DNA from: an uncultured delta proteobacterium
Lineage (GTDB): Bacteria > Myxococcota_A > Polyangia > Fen-1088
NCBI GenBank assembly: GCA_963755125.1
Contig: CAVWIP010000018.1
Span: 1-64,000, forward strand
DNA: 64,000 bases
Direction of reading: 5' to 3'
Position numbers and translations under genes: made by a program. The notes under the pieces are model-generated. The model was not told the DNA's origin. It worked only from the letters and a program-made list of their open reading frames with translations, and ran no database searches. Positions 12,077 to 20,939 of the stretch are shown piece by piece; positions within the stretch are counted from its first letter, which is position 1; each line of letters begins with the position of its first letter.

Positions 12077-12336
12077 GATACTCTCTCCTCATTGCACTTC
12101 TAAAATTATCCGCGGGTGAAAGAGAGATTATGCCTCGCGATAGTTAAGCTGCTATGAAAAAGACCCTCCACCAAAGGTACTCCTTGAATAGGTTTTCACC
12201 AACGTAAATTTAGGAATATCAAGCTCATGATCACGGACGCAAATTTTTGCATTGCCTATTATCTCCATGTAGAAGAAATATATATCCACAAGAATGGTTC
12301 GCGGGAACATAACTCGTTTTCGATATTTTCATCGCC

Positions 12337-12365
12337 TTGCATGGATACCGTGAAAGCGTTATAAT
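12337..12365 (+). promoter_or_regulatory. Sigma70-type promoter of higBA (TTGCAT-17-TATAAT), apparently leaderless
   Basis: Exact 17-nt spacing. GTG start lies 7 nt after the -10 box, with no RBS. Confidence 0.6.
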
Positions 12366-12372
12366 TTCCCTA

Positions 12373-12663
12373 GTGGCTATTCGTTCCTTTAGCGACCTCG
12401 CCACAGCAGATTTATTTCATGGTAGAAATATATCCCGCGCCAGGCACTTTCCGCAAACTATCGTTAGCGCGGCCCTGCGTAAGTTGGATGTCATTAACGC
12501 CGCGTATAAACTTGACGACTTGCGCTCGCCACCAGGAAATCGTTTAGAAGCCTTGAAACGTACCCTGTTAGGGTACCATAGTCTTCGCGTCAACGATCAA
12601 TGGCGAATTGCTTTTCGCTGGAACGATGGCGCCTTTGATGTTTCATTGGTGGATTATCACTAA
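12373..12663 (+). CDS. higB: HigB (RelE/ParE-family) toxin
   Basis: LRSPPGNRLEALK..GYHSLRVNDQWRIAF..VDYH signature. Confidence 0.92.
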   Translation: MAIRSFSDLATADLFHGRNISRARHFPQTIVSAALRKLDVINAAYKLDDLRSPPGNRLEALKRTLLGYHSLRVNDQWRIAFRWNDGAFDVSLVDYH

Positions 12664-12672
12664 GGAGTTTCT

Positions 12673-12960
12673 ATGCTTCTAGAAAACCGTATTCCCACTC
12701 ATCCCGGAGAAATCCTATTGCATGAATTTCTAATCCCACTTGGACTTTCTCAAGTAGCTTTCGCCGGACATATTCGTGTGCCTGTTCAACGTATTAATGA
12801 AATTGTACGCGGCAAACGGGGAGTCACTCCTGAGACCGCCTGGCTGTTTGCAGAGGCTTTCGGAACTACTCCGGAATTCTGGTTGAATTTGCAAACCAAC
12901 TATGATCTTATACGATATCGCCCAAAGCGCCAAGTAGCGCGAATTGCTGTGTCTGCTTAA
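12673..12960 (+). CDS. higA: HigA antitoxin (HTH)
   Basis: PTHPGEIL..RINEIVRGKRGVT..FGTTPEFWLNLQ signature, directly after higB. Confidence 0.92.
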   Translation: MLLENRIPTHPGEILLHEFLIPLGLSQVAFAGHIRVPVQRINEIVRGKRGVTPETAWLFAEAFGTTPEFWLNLQTNYDLIRYRPKRQVARIAVSA

Positions 12961-13005
12961 TTCGTTTGAATACTCAGCTCATGCAAGCCAAAAGAAACTC
13001 GATGT

Positions 13006-13056
13006 TGTGGACATTAGTGGACATTGATCGGTCTCGACTTTAACGTCTTGATCGCC
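13006..13056 (+). repeat. Copy 1 of a ~50-bp direct repeat (TGTGGACATTAGTGGACAT...GTCTCGACTTTAACGT...ATCGCC)
   Basis: Near-identical copy at 18813-18859. Confidence 0.85.
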
Positions 13057-13239
13057 TTAACACTTGATGGTTTAGGCCGGTCAGATTTGTAGTAATCAAT
13101 ATCCATTTTTCAATAACTTACCTCGGTAACCCAAACCTCTTACGCTGTACAACTTCTTGAACCTCATTCAAAATATATTCTGCAACCACCCATTCCCAAT
13201 CCTCATGCTCAGCAATCCAAATAATAATCGCCTCCGGGT

Positions 13240-14967
13240 ATGGATCAGGAATTTTCTATGACGCAACGAAGGACAAATGGCAACAGGTATCGCTTCCCAA
13301 TCATGATCATGCAGGGCTTCCTGCCAATTCGCTGGTCTGGGATACCGCTCGAGATTATCGCGGGCGTCACCTTGGCGGCTCTGGCCATCCCAGAGGTGAT
13401 GGGATACACCAAGATCGCGGGCACGCCGGTAATCACGGGGCTCTACACGATGCTCATCCCAGTGGGCCTGTTCGCCATCTTCGGGTCATCCCGTCACTTG
13501 GTCGTGGGGGCAGACTCAGCAACCGCGGCCATGCTAGCCGCTGGTCTTGCGGGTCTCGCCGCGGCAGGATCCCCAGAGTACATCGCCTTGGCTGGGGTTC
13601 TAGCCCTGCTCGCAGCAGGTTTCCTCCTGCTGGCTCGTGTCTTTCAGCTTGGGTTTCTGGCCAACTTCCTCTCCCGCACGATCCTTGTAGGATTCCTAAC
13701 CGGCGTTGGTATCCAGGTATCTATCGGGCAGATCTCAGGCATGTTGGGCCTACACGTGGGCGGAAGCGGACCAGTCAGCCAGCTGCTGAATGATTGGCAA
13801 CAGATCGGACGGACCCAACTCTACGCCTTGGCCATATCATTAGTTGTGCTCGCAGTTATCATCGGCTCAAAACGGATTTCAATGCGGATTCCTGGCCCGC
13901 TGATTGCAGTTATCGGCGCCACCGCGATGAGTTGGGCTTTCGGTCTGGAGTCGAAGGGAGTCTCCATCGTTGGAGCAATTCCAAGCGGGATGCCATCAAT
14001 CGGGGTTCCTGCTGTCACCTGGAACGGGGCACTAGTACAAAAGCTCCTCCCGATCGCTTTCGGCATATTCATCGTGATCCTTGCACAGAGCGCTGCCACA
14101 TCTCGGGCCTATGCAGATCGCTATGACGAAGATCTCAATGAAAACGAAGACCTCGTGGGTTTGAGCATCGCCAATATCGGTGCTGCCTTGTCCGGCACAT
14201 TTGTTGTCAACGGGAGCCCAACCAAGACTCAGATGGTCGACAGCGCAGGCGGACAGAGTCAACTGGCCCAGCTCACTGCGGCCTTCGTTATACTCCTGGT
14301 TCTGCTTTTCCTCACCGCACCGCTGGCCCATATGCCCCAAGCTGTGCTGGCCACGGTGGTTTTCCTCATCGGCGTGGAAATGATCGACGCCAAGAGGCTG
14401 AGAAGGATTTACATCGAGCGTCCCTGGGAATTCTGGGTCGCCATAACCACGACTATAATCGTGGTCGTCTGGGGCGTTGAACAGGGAATCCTACTAGCGA
14501 TCTTTCTCTCACTGATCGCACATACACGCCACGGCTACCGACCGAAGAACAGTGTAGTGGTCATGACCGAACCCGGTAAATGGCAGGTACTTCCTATCAG
14601 CCGTTCAGATCAGATCGCCCCTGGCCTGATGATCTATCGCTTCAGTCACAGTATGTACTATGCGAATAGCAAGCAGCTTTCGGAAGAGGTCCAAGCCCTA
14701 GTCAAGCGCGCACAGCCGCCACTAAAGTGGTTCTGCTGCATCGACTGCATTGCCGTTGACGATATAGATTTCTCGGCGGCCTCAACCCTAGGTGACCTCC
14801 TGAACTTATTGAATGAGCGGAACATCCGACTTGTACTGGCTGACGTCTCGGATGACGTGAAAAAGGAGCTCGACCGGTCCGGTCTTTCCAAACGGATAGA
14901 CAGCGAAGCCTACTACGCCGCAGTCGGAGACGTTATCGACGCTTTTGACCGCCGCAGTCAATCCTAG
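13240..14967 (+). CDS. SulP/SLC26 family anion transporter with STAS domain
   Basis: AGVTLAALAIPEVMGY..GLYT..FGSSRHLVVG motif, many TM segments, C-terminal STAS. The true start may be a later Met. Confidence 0.92.
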   Translation: MDQEFSMTQRRTNGNRYRFPIMIMQGFLPIRWSGIPLEIIAGVTLAALAIPEVMGYTKIAGTPVITGLYTMLIPVGLFAIFGSSRHLVVGADSATAAMLAAGLAGLAAAGSPEYIALAGVLALLAAGFLLLARVFQLGFLANFLSRTILVGFLTGVGIQVSIGQISGMLGLHVGGSGPVSQLLNDWQQIGRTQLYALAISLVVLAVIIGSKRISMRIPGPLIAVIGATAMSWAFGLESKGVSIVGAIPSGMPSIGVPAVTWNGALVQKLLPIAFGIFIVILAQSAATSRAYADRYDEDLNENEDLVGLSIANIGAALSGTFVVNGSPTKTQMVDSAGGQSQLAQLTAAFVILLVLLFLTAPLAHMPQAVLATVVFLIGVEMIDAKRLRRIYIERPWEFWVAITTTIIVVVWGVEQGILLAIFLSLIAHTRHGYRPKNSVVVMTEPGKWQVLPISRSDQIAPGLMIYRFSHSMYYANSKQLSEEVQALVKRAQPPLKWFCCIDCIAVDDIDFSAASTLGDLLNLLNERNIRLVLADVSDDVKKELDRSGLSKRIDSEAYYAAVGDVIDAFDRRSQS

Positions 14968-15047
14968 AGTTAGTTCTTCATAAGTTTAAGTTCTCCATCA
15001 TGAATGATGGCCGTATCAGATTTTTCAAGAAAATGGAGAATTTCATC

Positions 15048-15368
15048 ATGAGAACAATTTTAGTAATCTTGCTTTTTATTCTTGGAGTACTCGCAGCACT
15101 GGCGATAGGCGGCGGGGTATTGGTACTGCTGGCCTATGCCGTTGGATGGTTGCTTAACTTTGTAATGCATTTTGATCCTTTCCAGATAACACTGATGAGC
15201 CTGGTTGGAATGATCGTCTTTGGCGTTCTGGCAACACGTATGTGTGAAGCTATTGAAAACTTCCCGCCGCTTTCCAATAGTATTATAGGTATACCAGCCA
15301 GCACAGGGGATCACAACGAAGCGATGGAGTGTGCTAGAGTTGATCTGCTATCCGCCGCCGTAATATAA
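15048..15368 (+). CDS. Small membrane protein, C-terminus probably truncated by an IS-end remnant at ~15296
   Basis: GGAG RBS before MRTILVILLF, hydrophobic segments, AGCCAGCACAG element end inside the 3' part. Confidence 0.5.
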   Translation: MRTILVILLFILGVLAALAIGGGVLVLLAYAVGWLLNFVMHFDPFQITLMSLVGMIVFGVLATRMCEAIENFPPLSNSIIGIPASTGDHNEAMECARVDLLSAAVI

Positions 15369-15784
15369 ATGAAAAATAGAAATAGGGGATGGAAAAGTGT
15401 ATCGAAAACGGAATGATGAACAGGCCAATGATCGAAGAATTTCAAAAAAATCGGTTGAACGGAGTGAGACCAAGTTATCACCAGCGGTTTGTGGCTAGAC
15501 CCGCAAAATGATCAATTGATTATTTGTATGCGAATCTTTTGTTGTAAAAAATATTGGGTCGGATGATGGATATAGCTAATTCGAGACCAAGTAAAAGATG
15601 AAGATATATAATGCGTCTGGATTAAATACATTGAAAAAGATTTGCAAACCTACTGATTTTTGAATAATGTAAGTCACAAAATAAAGGCATTTTCTCTCGT
15701 ATTTTGGGCTAAAAATGAGGCTTTCTTTTTTTCAAAAATTAGTAATCTTTGCATCTTTGCGAGAGACAATGCTATACTAACCCC

Positions 15785-16039
15785 ATGAGCATATTATCTT
15801 CCGATACTCATCCCAAAATGGAGGCCCTGCAAATCCAACTATGGCGGCAGGCTAGTCCCACACGCAAAATGCACATGCTGGCGCAACTCAACGACTCGGC
15901 GCGCACCTTGGCATTAATGGGGCTGCGCTCGCGTTATCCACATGCGAATGAAACCGAACTTCGGCGCAGGCTGGCAGATTTATTATTGGGAGAAGAACTA
16001 GCGCGCAAAGTCTACGGGGAGATGAGTAATGCAAAATGA
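15785..16039 (+). CDS. Putative antitoxin, MenA1/Rv0078B-like
   Basis: Short helical protein (SDTHP..SPTRK..GLRSRYPHANETELRRRL) overlapping a downstream nucleotidyltransferase. Extended -10 TGCTATACT just upstream. Confidence 0.6.
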   Translation: MSILSSDTHPKMEALQIQLWRQASPTRKMHMLAQLNDSARTLALMGLRSRYPHANETELRRRLADLLLGEELARKVYGEMSNAK

Positions 16040-16604
16040 ACCCATTGAAGTTACGCTAAAAGTCACAAGCGTTCTCGAGAGACTGGGCATCTCTTATCTC
16101 ATTGGCGGCTCGCTGGCCAGCACGCTCTACGGTATGGTGCGCACTACGCAGGATTCAGACATCATCGCCGAAATGCGCCCTGAACATATCCTGCCATTTG
16201 TCTCCGCATTACAAAACGAATTTTTCATGGACGAAGAAATGATCGCGGATTCAATTCAACACAACTCCAGCTTCAACATCATCCACCGCGATACCATGTT
16301 CAAAGTGGATGTCTTCATTCCTCGTCCGCGTCCTTTTCTACAATCTCAAATCTCCCGCGCCCAAAGACAAACGTTTGATCTTCAATCTAAAATCAGCGTC
16401 AATTTTGCCAGTGCAGAAGATACCGTCCTCTCCAAACTTGAATGGTATCGCATGGGCGGCGAAGTCTCAGACCGCCAGTGGCGCGACATCCTCGGCGTGC
16501 TCAAAACCAGGGCGGGCGAACTCGAACTAGACTATCTTCGTCAATGGTCAAAAGAACTCAAAGTCAACGACCTGCTCGAACGCGCCTTGAAGGAATCTTC
16601 TTAA
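16029..16604 (+). CDS. Nucleotidyltransferase-fold putative toxin (MenT/AbiEii-like)
   Basis: YLIGGSLA..G..RTTQDSD and ASAEDTVLSKL..R..D motifs. Confidence 0.7.
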   Translation: MQNEPIEVTLKVTSVLERLGISYLIGGSLASTLYGMVRTTQDSDIIAEMRPEHILPFVSALQNEFFMDEEMIADSIQHNSSFNIIHRDTMFKVDVFIPRPRPFLQSQISRAQRQTFDLQSKISVNFASAEDTVLSKLEWYRMGGEVSDRQWRDILGVLKTRAGELELDYLRQWSKELKVNDLLERALKESS

Positions 16605-16714
16605 ATTCTTTGTGCTCTCCGCGTGCCACAGATTTCAAGATGCTGTTCGAGATGCGGAAAACGTAGTGATCACACATCAACATGTGTCGATTGAAACGGA
16701 ACCAGAGAGACATT

Positions 16715-17291
16715 ATGACAATCAATTCCCCGAAAATCAGTTCACGCCTTTATGAAGCTTTGCAGTTCACCTTCAAACTGCATGGGCCTGATGCACGGAA
16801 AGAAAGTAATGTTCCTTTATCTGGCACATTTACTTTCGGTGTGTGCGCTGGTCCAACAGGATGGCGGCGATGAAGATGAAGCCATTGCAGCGCTACTGCA
16901 TGATGCACTGGAAGATAAACCTGAAGAAACCAACCGAAATGAGATCCTTGAACTTTTCGGCGAACAGGTTTTAACGATTATTGAGTTTTCTATTGATACG
17001 CCGCCAAGCTATGAAGGCGGAGTGAAACCTCCATGGCGAAAGCGCGAGCAAGAGTATCTTGCGCATATCCGCGCTATCAATCCTAATTTGTTGCGTGTGA
17101 CCATTGCCGATAAAGTCGACAACGCACGAGCGATCCTCGCAGATTATCAGCGTTTAGGAGACGATGTTTGGAAACGATTCAACGCCGGAAAAGAGGATCA
17201 ATTATGGTATTACAAGAACTGTGTCTCAGCCTATGAAACGGCTGGATATCGCGGACCTTTACTGGATGAGCTGCGCCGCCTTGTGACTTAA
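16715..17291 (+). pseudogene. HD-domain protein (Mesh1/small alarmone hydrolase-like), frameshifted at ~16815
   Basis: H..DARK..VP joins YLAHLLSV..AALLHDALED..ADKVDN in another frame. Could be a sequencing error. Confidence 0.75.
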
Positions 17292-17425
17292 ATTCGAGCA
17301 CGAGCAAATGATAAGGGTTGAAAATAAACTAAACGATTCAGCCTTATTCTATGAAGAATTGAGAATGGTTCATCACAGATCACCGTGATTGAACAATTCA
17401 ATAAGGCATTGATTTAGGAATTTCG

Positions 17426-17758
17426 ATGGCAACTGACGAAGACCTCGTAAAATTCATAACCGACCAAATCCGAAGCGCAGGCATGATCACTTATCGGAAA
17501 ATGTTTGGCGATTACACGATCTACAGTAATGGGAAAGTGGTCGCTCTGGTTTGCGACAACCAACTGTTCGTCAAACCAACCACAGGTGGAAGAGCATTCA
17601 TCGGCGAAGTGACCGAAGGTCATCCCTATCCAGGAGCCAAGTCGAGTTTCTTGATCGAAGACAAATTTGAAGACTCGGACTGGCTCAGCGAGTTGATCCG
17701 TATCACGGAAAAAGAACTCCCCTGTCCTGGCTACTTTCCTCATCCGCCCGGATTTTAG
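17426..17758 (+). CDS. TfoX N-terminal domain protein; last ~12 codons come from an inserted IS end
   Basis: RKMFGDY.IY..GKVVALVCDNQLFVKPT motif. The TGTCCTGGCTAC element end starts at 17723. Confidence 0.8.
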   Translation: MATDEDLVKFITDQIRSAGMITYRKMFGDYTIYSNGKVVALVCDNQLFVKPTTGGRAFIGEVTEGHPYPGAKSSFLIEDKFEDSDWLSELIRITEKELPCPGYFPHPPGF

Positions 17759-17875
17759 AGACAAAACAAACCATAGGAGTCGGCGCTTATCAGTCGGTCA
17801 TCCGATACTATTGTCCACAGCTATATATTTTCCCGCAACGGATCGATTCTTCTATATTCATTTTGTTGCGAATGT

Positions 17876-18086
17876 CAGGGCAATCGCATCTAAATTCGAT
17901 TCTTTGATACTTTTCGGGCTATTTTGAACGATTTGGTAAATCGAAACCATGGCTCTGTAAATCCAATCTTTCGTAGACGGAAAAATCGGATAAGGTGCAT
18001 TGAATCCTACGGAATCCAATACTGAAAGTGCCGTTTTCAAGCATCAAAGTACCATTTTTAGCATAAAATTAGATGCGATTGCCCTG
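17876..18086. mobile_element. 211-bp MITE / internally deleted IS (probably IS4 family) with 18-bp TIRs and a 10-bp target duplication
   Basis: TIR CAGGGCAATCGCATCTAA at 17876-17893 and its perfect inverse at 18069-18086. TTGCGAATGT flanks both sides (17866-17875, 18087-18096). Confidence 0.93.
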
Positions 18087-18116
18087 TTGCGAATGTAAAT
18101 CATGCTATACTAAATT

Positions 18117-18563
18117 ATGATTAAGATTTACCTTGACGCCTGTTGTTTGAACAGGCCTTTTGATGACCAGAGCCAGCCACGCGTTCGATTAGAGACAGAG
18201 GCAGTTTCTCTTATCCTGGGAAAATTACACCAGCATGAATGGAATTGGATCGGTAGCGAAATTCTCATTTACGAAATAAAACAAAATCCCGATTCCGAAA
18301 ATATGCAGCGCGCCCTTTCACTTTCTTCATTATCAGATCAGGTAGTTGAGCTAAACAACAAAATATTAACTCGCGCTGAAGAATTAGAAAATGTAGGCTT
18401 TGACCCTTACGATGCAATCCATCTGGCGTCGGCTGAACATGCAAAGGTAGATGTCTTTCTAACCACAGATGACCAAATCATAAAAGTTGCCAATCGAAAC
18501 AAAAAACTACTCCCCTTTCTTATTGAAAATCCAGTAAAATGGCTGGAAGAGGTTCTAAAATGA
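18117..18563 (+). CDS. PIN-domain toxin
   Basis: IYLDACCLNRPFDDQ, DAIHLASA and FLTTDD PIN motifs. Confidence 0.88.
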   Translation: MIKIYLDACCLNRPFDDQSQPRVRLETEAVSLILGKLHQHEWNWIGSEILIYEIKQNPDSENMQRALSLSSLSDQVVELNNKILTRAEELENVGFDPYDAIHLASAEHAKVDVFLTTDDQIIKVANRNKKLLPFLIENPVKWLEEVLK

Positions 18564-18775
18564 ATACCGAGTACTTAACTCTTAATGAAATACGCACTAT
18601 GGGCTTTGAAGCCTTACTCCGTGAACTTGGCCCAGTTGGAACAATTCGGTTTATTCAACAGTACGAAACAGGACGAGGCAACTACACTCGGGACCGACGT
18701 AAATTGTTGCCAAAGAAAAGCGTAAAAGAGATAGGAAGGCAAATTGCAAAAGGACGCCAAGCTAAATCAAAATAA
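18560..18775 (+). CDS. Putative antitoxin partner of the PIN toxin
   Basis: Start overlaps the PIN stop. GFEALLRELGPVGTIRFIQQYETGRGNYT motif typical of these pairs. Confidence 0.75.
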   Translation: MNTEYLTLNEIRTMGFEALLRELGPVGTIRFIQQYETGRGNYTRDRRKLLPKKSVKEIGRQIAKGRQAKSK

Positions 18776-18812
18776 AAAAGTGCCTTCTCTAGCTTCGGCT
18801 GGAGCTATTGGC

Positions 18813-18859
18813 TGTGGACATTAGTGGACATGCGTCTCGACTTTAACGTTTTTATCGCC
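18813..18859 (+). repeat. Copy 2 of the ~50-bp TGTGGACATTAGTGGACAT direct repeat
   Basis: Matches 13006-13056. Confidence 0.85.
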
Positions 18860-19091
18860 AAAGTCCTTGACAGCCCCCATACTTCCACATACAATCTGGA
18901 GCGTCAATCAATCTGAATATCTCCCAAGATATTTCACTTCTAGCTCATCGAATATCGAATCCTCCCTGTTACGCTCCGACGGTTCATTCCCTGTCGAGTC
19001 CGCAGATCGTAACAATCGCTCCTTATAAGGAGCGATTTCCTTTAATAGCTTGTTATGAAAATAGAGAAATTCGAGACACTTCTCCCAAAGC

Positions 19092-19190
19092 CTTGCGCTG
19101 GCTACTCAGTCATCAGTTCAGATCTGTAGAAAAAAAGCAGAATCTCACAACACAGTGATCGTTACGGATGAAACAAGTAGCCAGCACAAG
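19092..19190 (+). repeat. ~99-bp palindromic-ended element, copy A
   Basis: CTTGCGCTGGCTACT..CATCAG at the left, CGGATG..AGTAGCCAGCACAAG at the right. Confidence 0.85.
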
Positions 19191-19213
19191 CCAGAACAAC
19201 TATCGGTTCGCAG

Positions 19214-19756
19214 TTACTTCCCAACTACAATCCGGCCTTCTATCAAATCTGAATTACTTAGCTCTCCATCCACTACCAAGTATAACAACTGGTACCCAAC
19301 TCTCCATATTGTCTTAATGTCAGTTTTGATCGTAGCCGTCTTCTGATTCAATCGAACGATTTCACCACGCACATCATTATTTTCCTTATCATGGAAACCC
19401 ACTATTTCACCGACTTTGAGTTGACTTTTATCCAGCATTTTCTTTGATGAAGTGGTTATGTCAGTATTCTCGTTATCTAGATTGACCCAATAAACAGGGA
19501 TTATCCACTTCTTTTGGTCATGCACGTTTTCTACCAATACTTGTGTTCTTTTTAGTCGAATTACTTTCGCATTGATCAATCGGTTTTCTGCAGGTTCGAA
19601 GTAACAGATTGTTTGGCCAGGATATAAACGCTTTTTGATTTCATCAACCCGTTGTGGATTTTCTAATTGCTGGTTGATGGCAATACCCAACCTGTAAAGA
19701 TCAAATAATGATGCCTGTTTCAAATCGTTGATTATTCTCGAATAATCCATTGCCAA
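19214..19756 (-). CDS. Hypothetical protein bracketed by ~99-bp elements
   Basis: Clean 180-aa ORF, AT-rich, two SH3/KOW-like beta-rich halves. Confidence 0.75.
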   Translation of the reverse strand: MAMDYSRIINDLKQASLFDLYRLGIAINQQLENPQRVDEIKKRLYPGQTICYFEPAENRLINAKVIRLKRTQVLVENVHDQKKWIIPVYWVNLDNENTDITTSSKKMLDKSQLKVGEIVGFHDKENNDVRGEIVRLNQKTATIKTDIKTIWRVGYQLLYLVVDGELSNSDLIEGRIVVGK

Positions 19757-19768
19757 TACCTTATCTTC

Positions 19769-19867
19769 CTGCGCTCGCCTCTTCAGTCATCCGTCCAGAT
19801 TTTAGAGAAAAAAACTAGACGCTCGCAACACTGCAATTATAACGGATGAGCTAAGCAGCCAGTGCGG
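19769..19867 (+). repeat. ~99-bp palindromic-ended element, copy B
   Basis: CTGCGCTCGCCTCTTCAGTCATCCG ... CGGATGAGCTAAGCAGCCAGTGCGG; interior alignable to copy A. Confidence 0.8.
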
Positions 19868-19920
19868 CAGCCACTCAATCTAAAATATCCCGCAGAATAT
19901 TTCGCGCACCTGCTCAAGAT

Positions 19921-20379
19921 TTATTTTCGCACACCCTTCCTCTCCAGCGTGGATGCTATCGCAATGTGGAAATCGTTGCCCAGATCAGTTACTTTGTGTT
20001 CCATAATCACTCTTGTAACGTTAGGGAATAATTTTCTCTTTCTGTCCATAAGCCTTGTAAGCAAAGCCAGTGCTTCAAGACGATCTTCCATCTTTCCTGG
20101 AAGGATGTCCACCATTTTACCAAGCGCCTCATTCCTTTGGCTATCAGGCAAGACCGATGTATTCCACGCAATGCACGCCAAAGCAACCAGATTATTGAAG
20201 GAATTATAGTTCGGCGCGTCATCTATATACGGCTCGATCAATTGGGATATTGCATCTGACATGCTAATTTCGCCTTTTGGATTGAAGAGAAATTTATCTG
20301 TTGTTCCTTCTGCTGTTACTTTGTCAGCCAGATCTTTTAGAATCGGACTGACGCCTTTCCTCCTTCTTTTTCTTGACAT
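19921..20379 (-). CDS. Hypothetical protein bracketed by ~99-bp elements
   Basis: 152-aa ORF with a GGGAG RBS; MSDAISQLIEPY..ACIAWN motif. Confidence 0.75.
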   Translation of the reverse strand: MSRKRRRKGVSPILKDLADKVTAEGTTDKFLFNPKGEISMSDAISQLIEPYIDDAPNYNSFNNLVALACIAWNTSVLPDSQRNEALGKMVDILPGKMEDRLEALALLTRLMDRKRKLFPNVTRVIMEHKVTDLGNDFHIAIASTLERKGVRK

Positions 20380-20440
20380 TACAACTCTCCCTTGAACGCT
20401 CTATTCGGCACGGATGGCATCAGCCCAGACAGCTCTACCC

Positions 20441-20630
20441 CTGTGCTGGCTACTGCAGTCATCCGTCTGAATTTTGGAGAAAAAAACATACTCTCAAAGC
20501 ACCACCATCGAAACAGATGGGCCAGGTAGTCAGGACAACTGGCTATTTTAGTCATTCACTCTGGTTTTGAAGAAGAAACAGACTCTCACAACCCCGCAAT
20601 CGCAACCAATGAACCGAGTAGCCAGTAGAA
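20441..20630 (+). repeat. Two tandem ~99-bp palindromic-ended elements, copies C (20441-20538) and D (~20534-20630)
   Basis: CTGTGCTGGCTACTGCAGTCATCCG ... CAGATGGGCCAGGTAGTCAGGACAA, then CTGGCTATTTTAGTCATTC ... CAATGAACCGAGTAGCCAGTAG. Confidence 0.8.
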
Positions 20631-20678
20631 GTGAGAACCATGATAGTTGCTAGAAAAGAAATCAAGCATTGCATAAGA

Positions 20679-20939
20679 TTATTTCAAAGGTTCAATTTGA
20701 TATAGAGATTGATTCTTTGATGCCAATTCCCACAATTCAAGCAATTCATTTTGGTGCTGGGACGTCCACTCAATCTCCATACCCAATACGCGCGGCGGCA
20801 ACTCTCCCTGAATAATCACAAATGCTCGAATATCTATTTGCGCTTTGAACTCTCCGTACTCGGCATGAAAATGTGGAGGGAGATAATCCCCGAAAAACAT
20901 TTTGATACTGATGCCGAAGAAACGGCTGATCTCAGGCAT
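20679..20939 (-). CDS. DUF4160 protein (putative TA component)
   Basis: MPEISRFFGISIKM...PPHFHAEY..IEPLK signature. Confidence 0.85.
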   Translation of the reverse strand: MPEISRFFGISIKMFFGDYLPPHFHAEYGEFKAQIDIRAFVIIQGELPPRVLGMEIEWTSQHQNELLELWELASKNQSLYQIEPLK

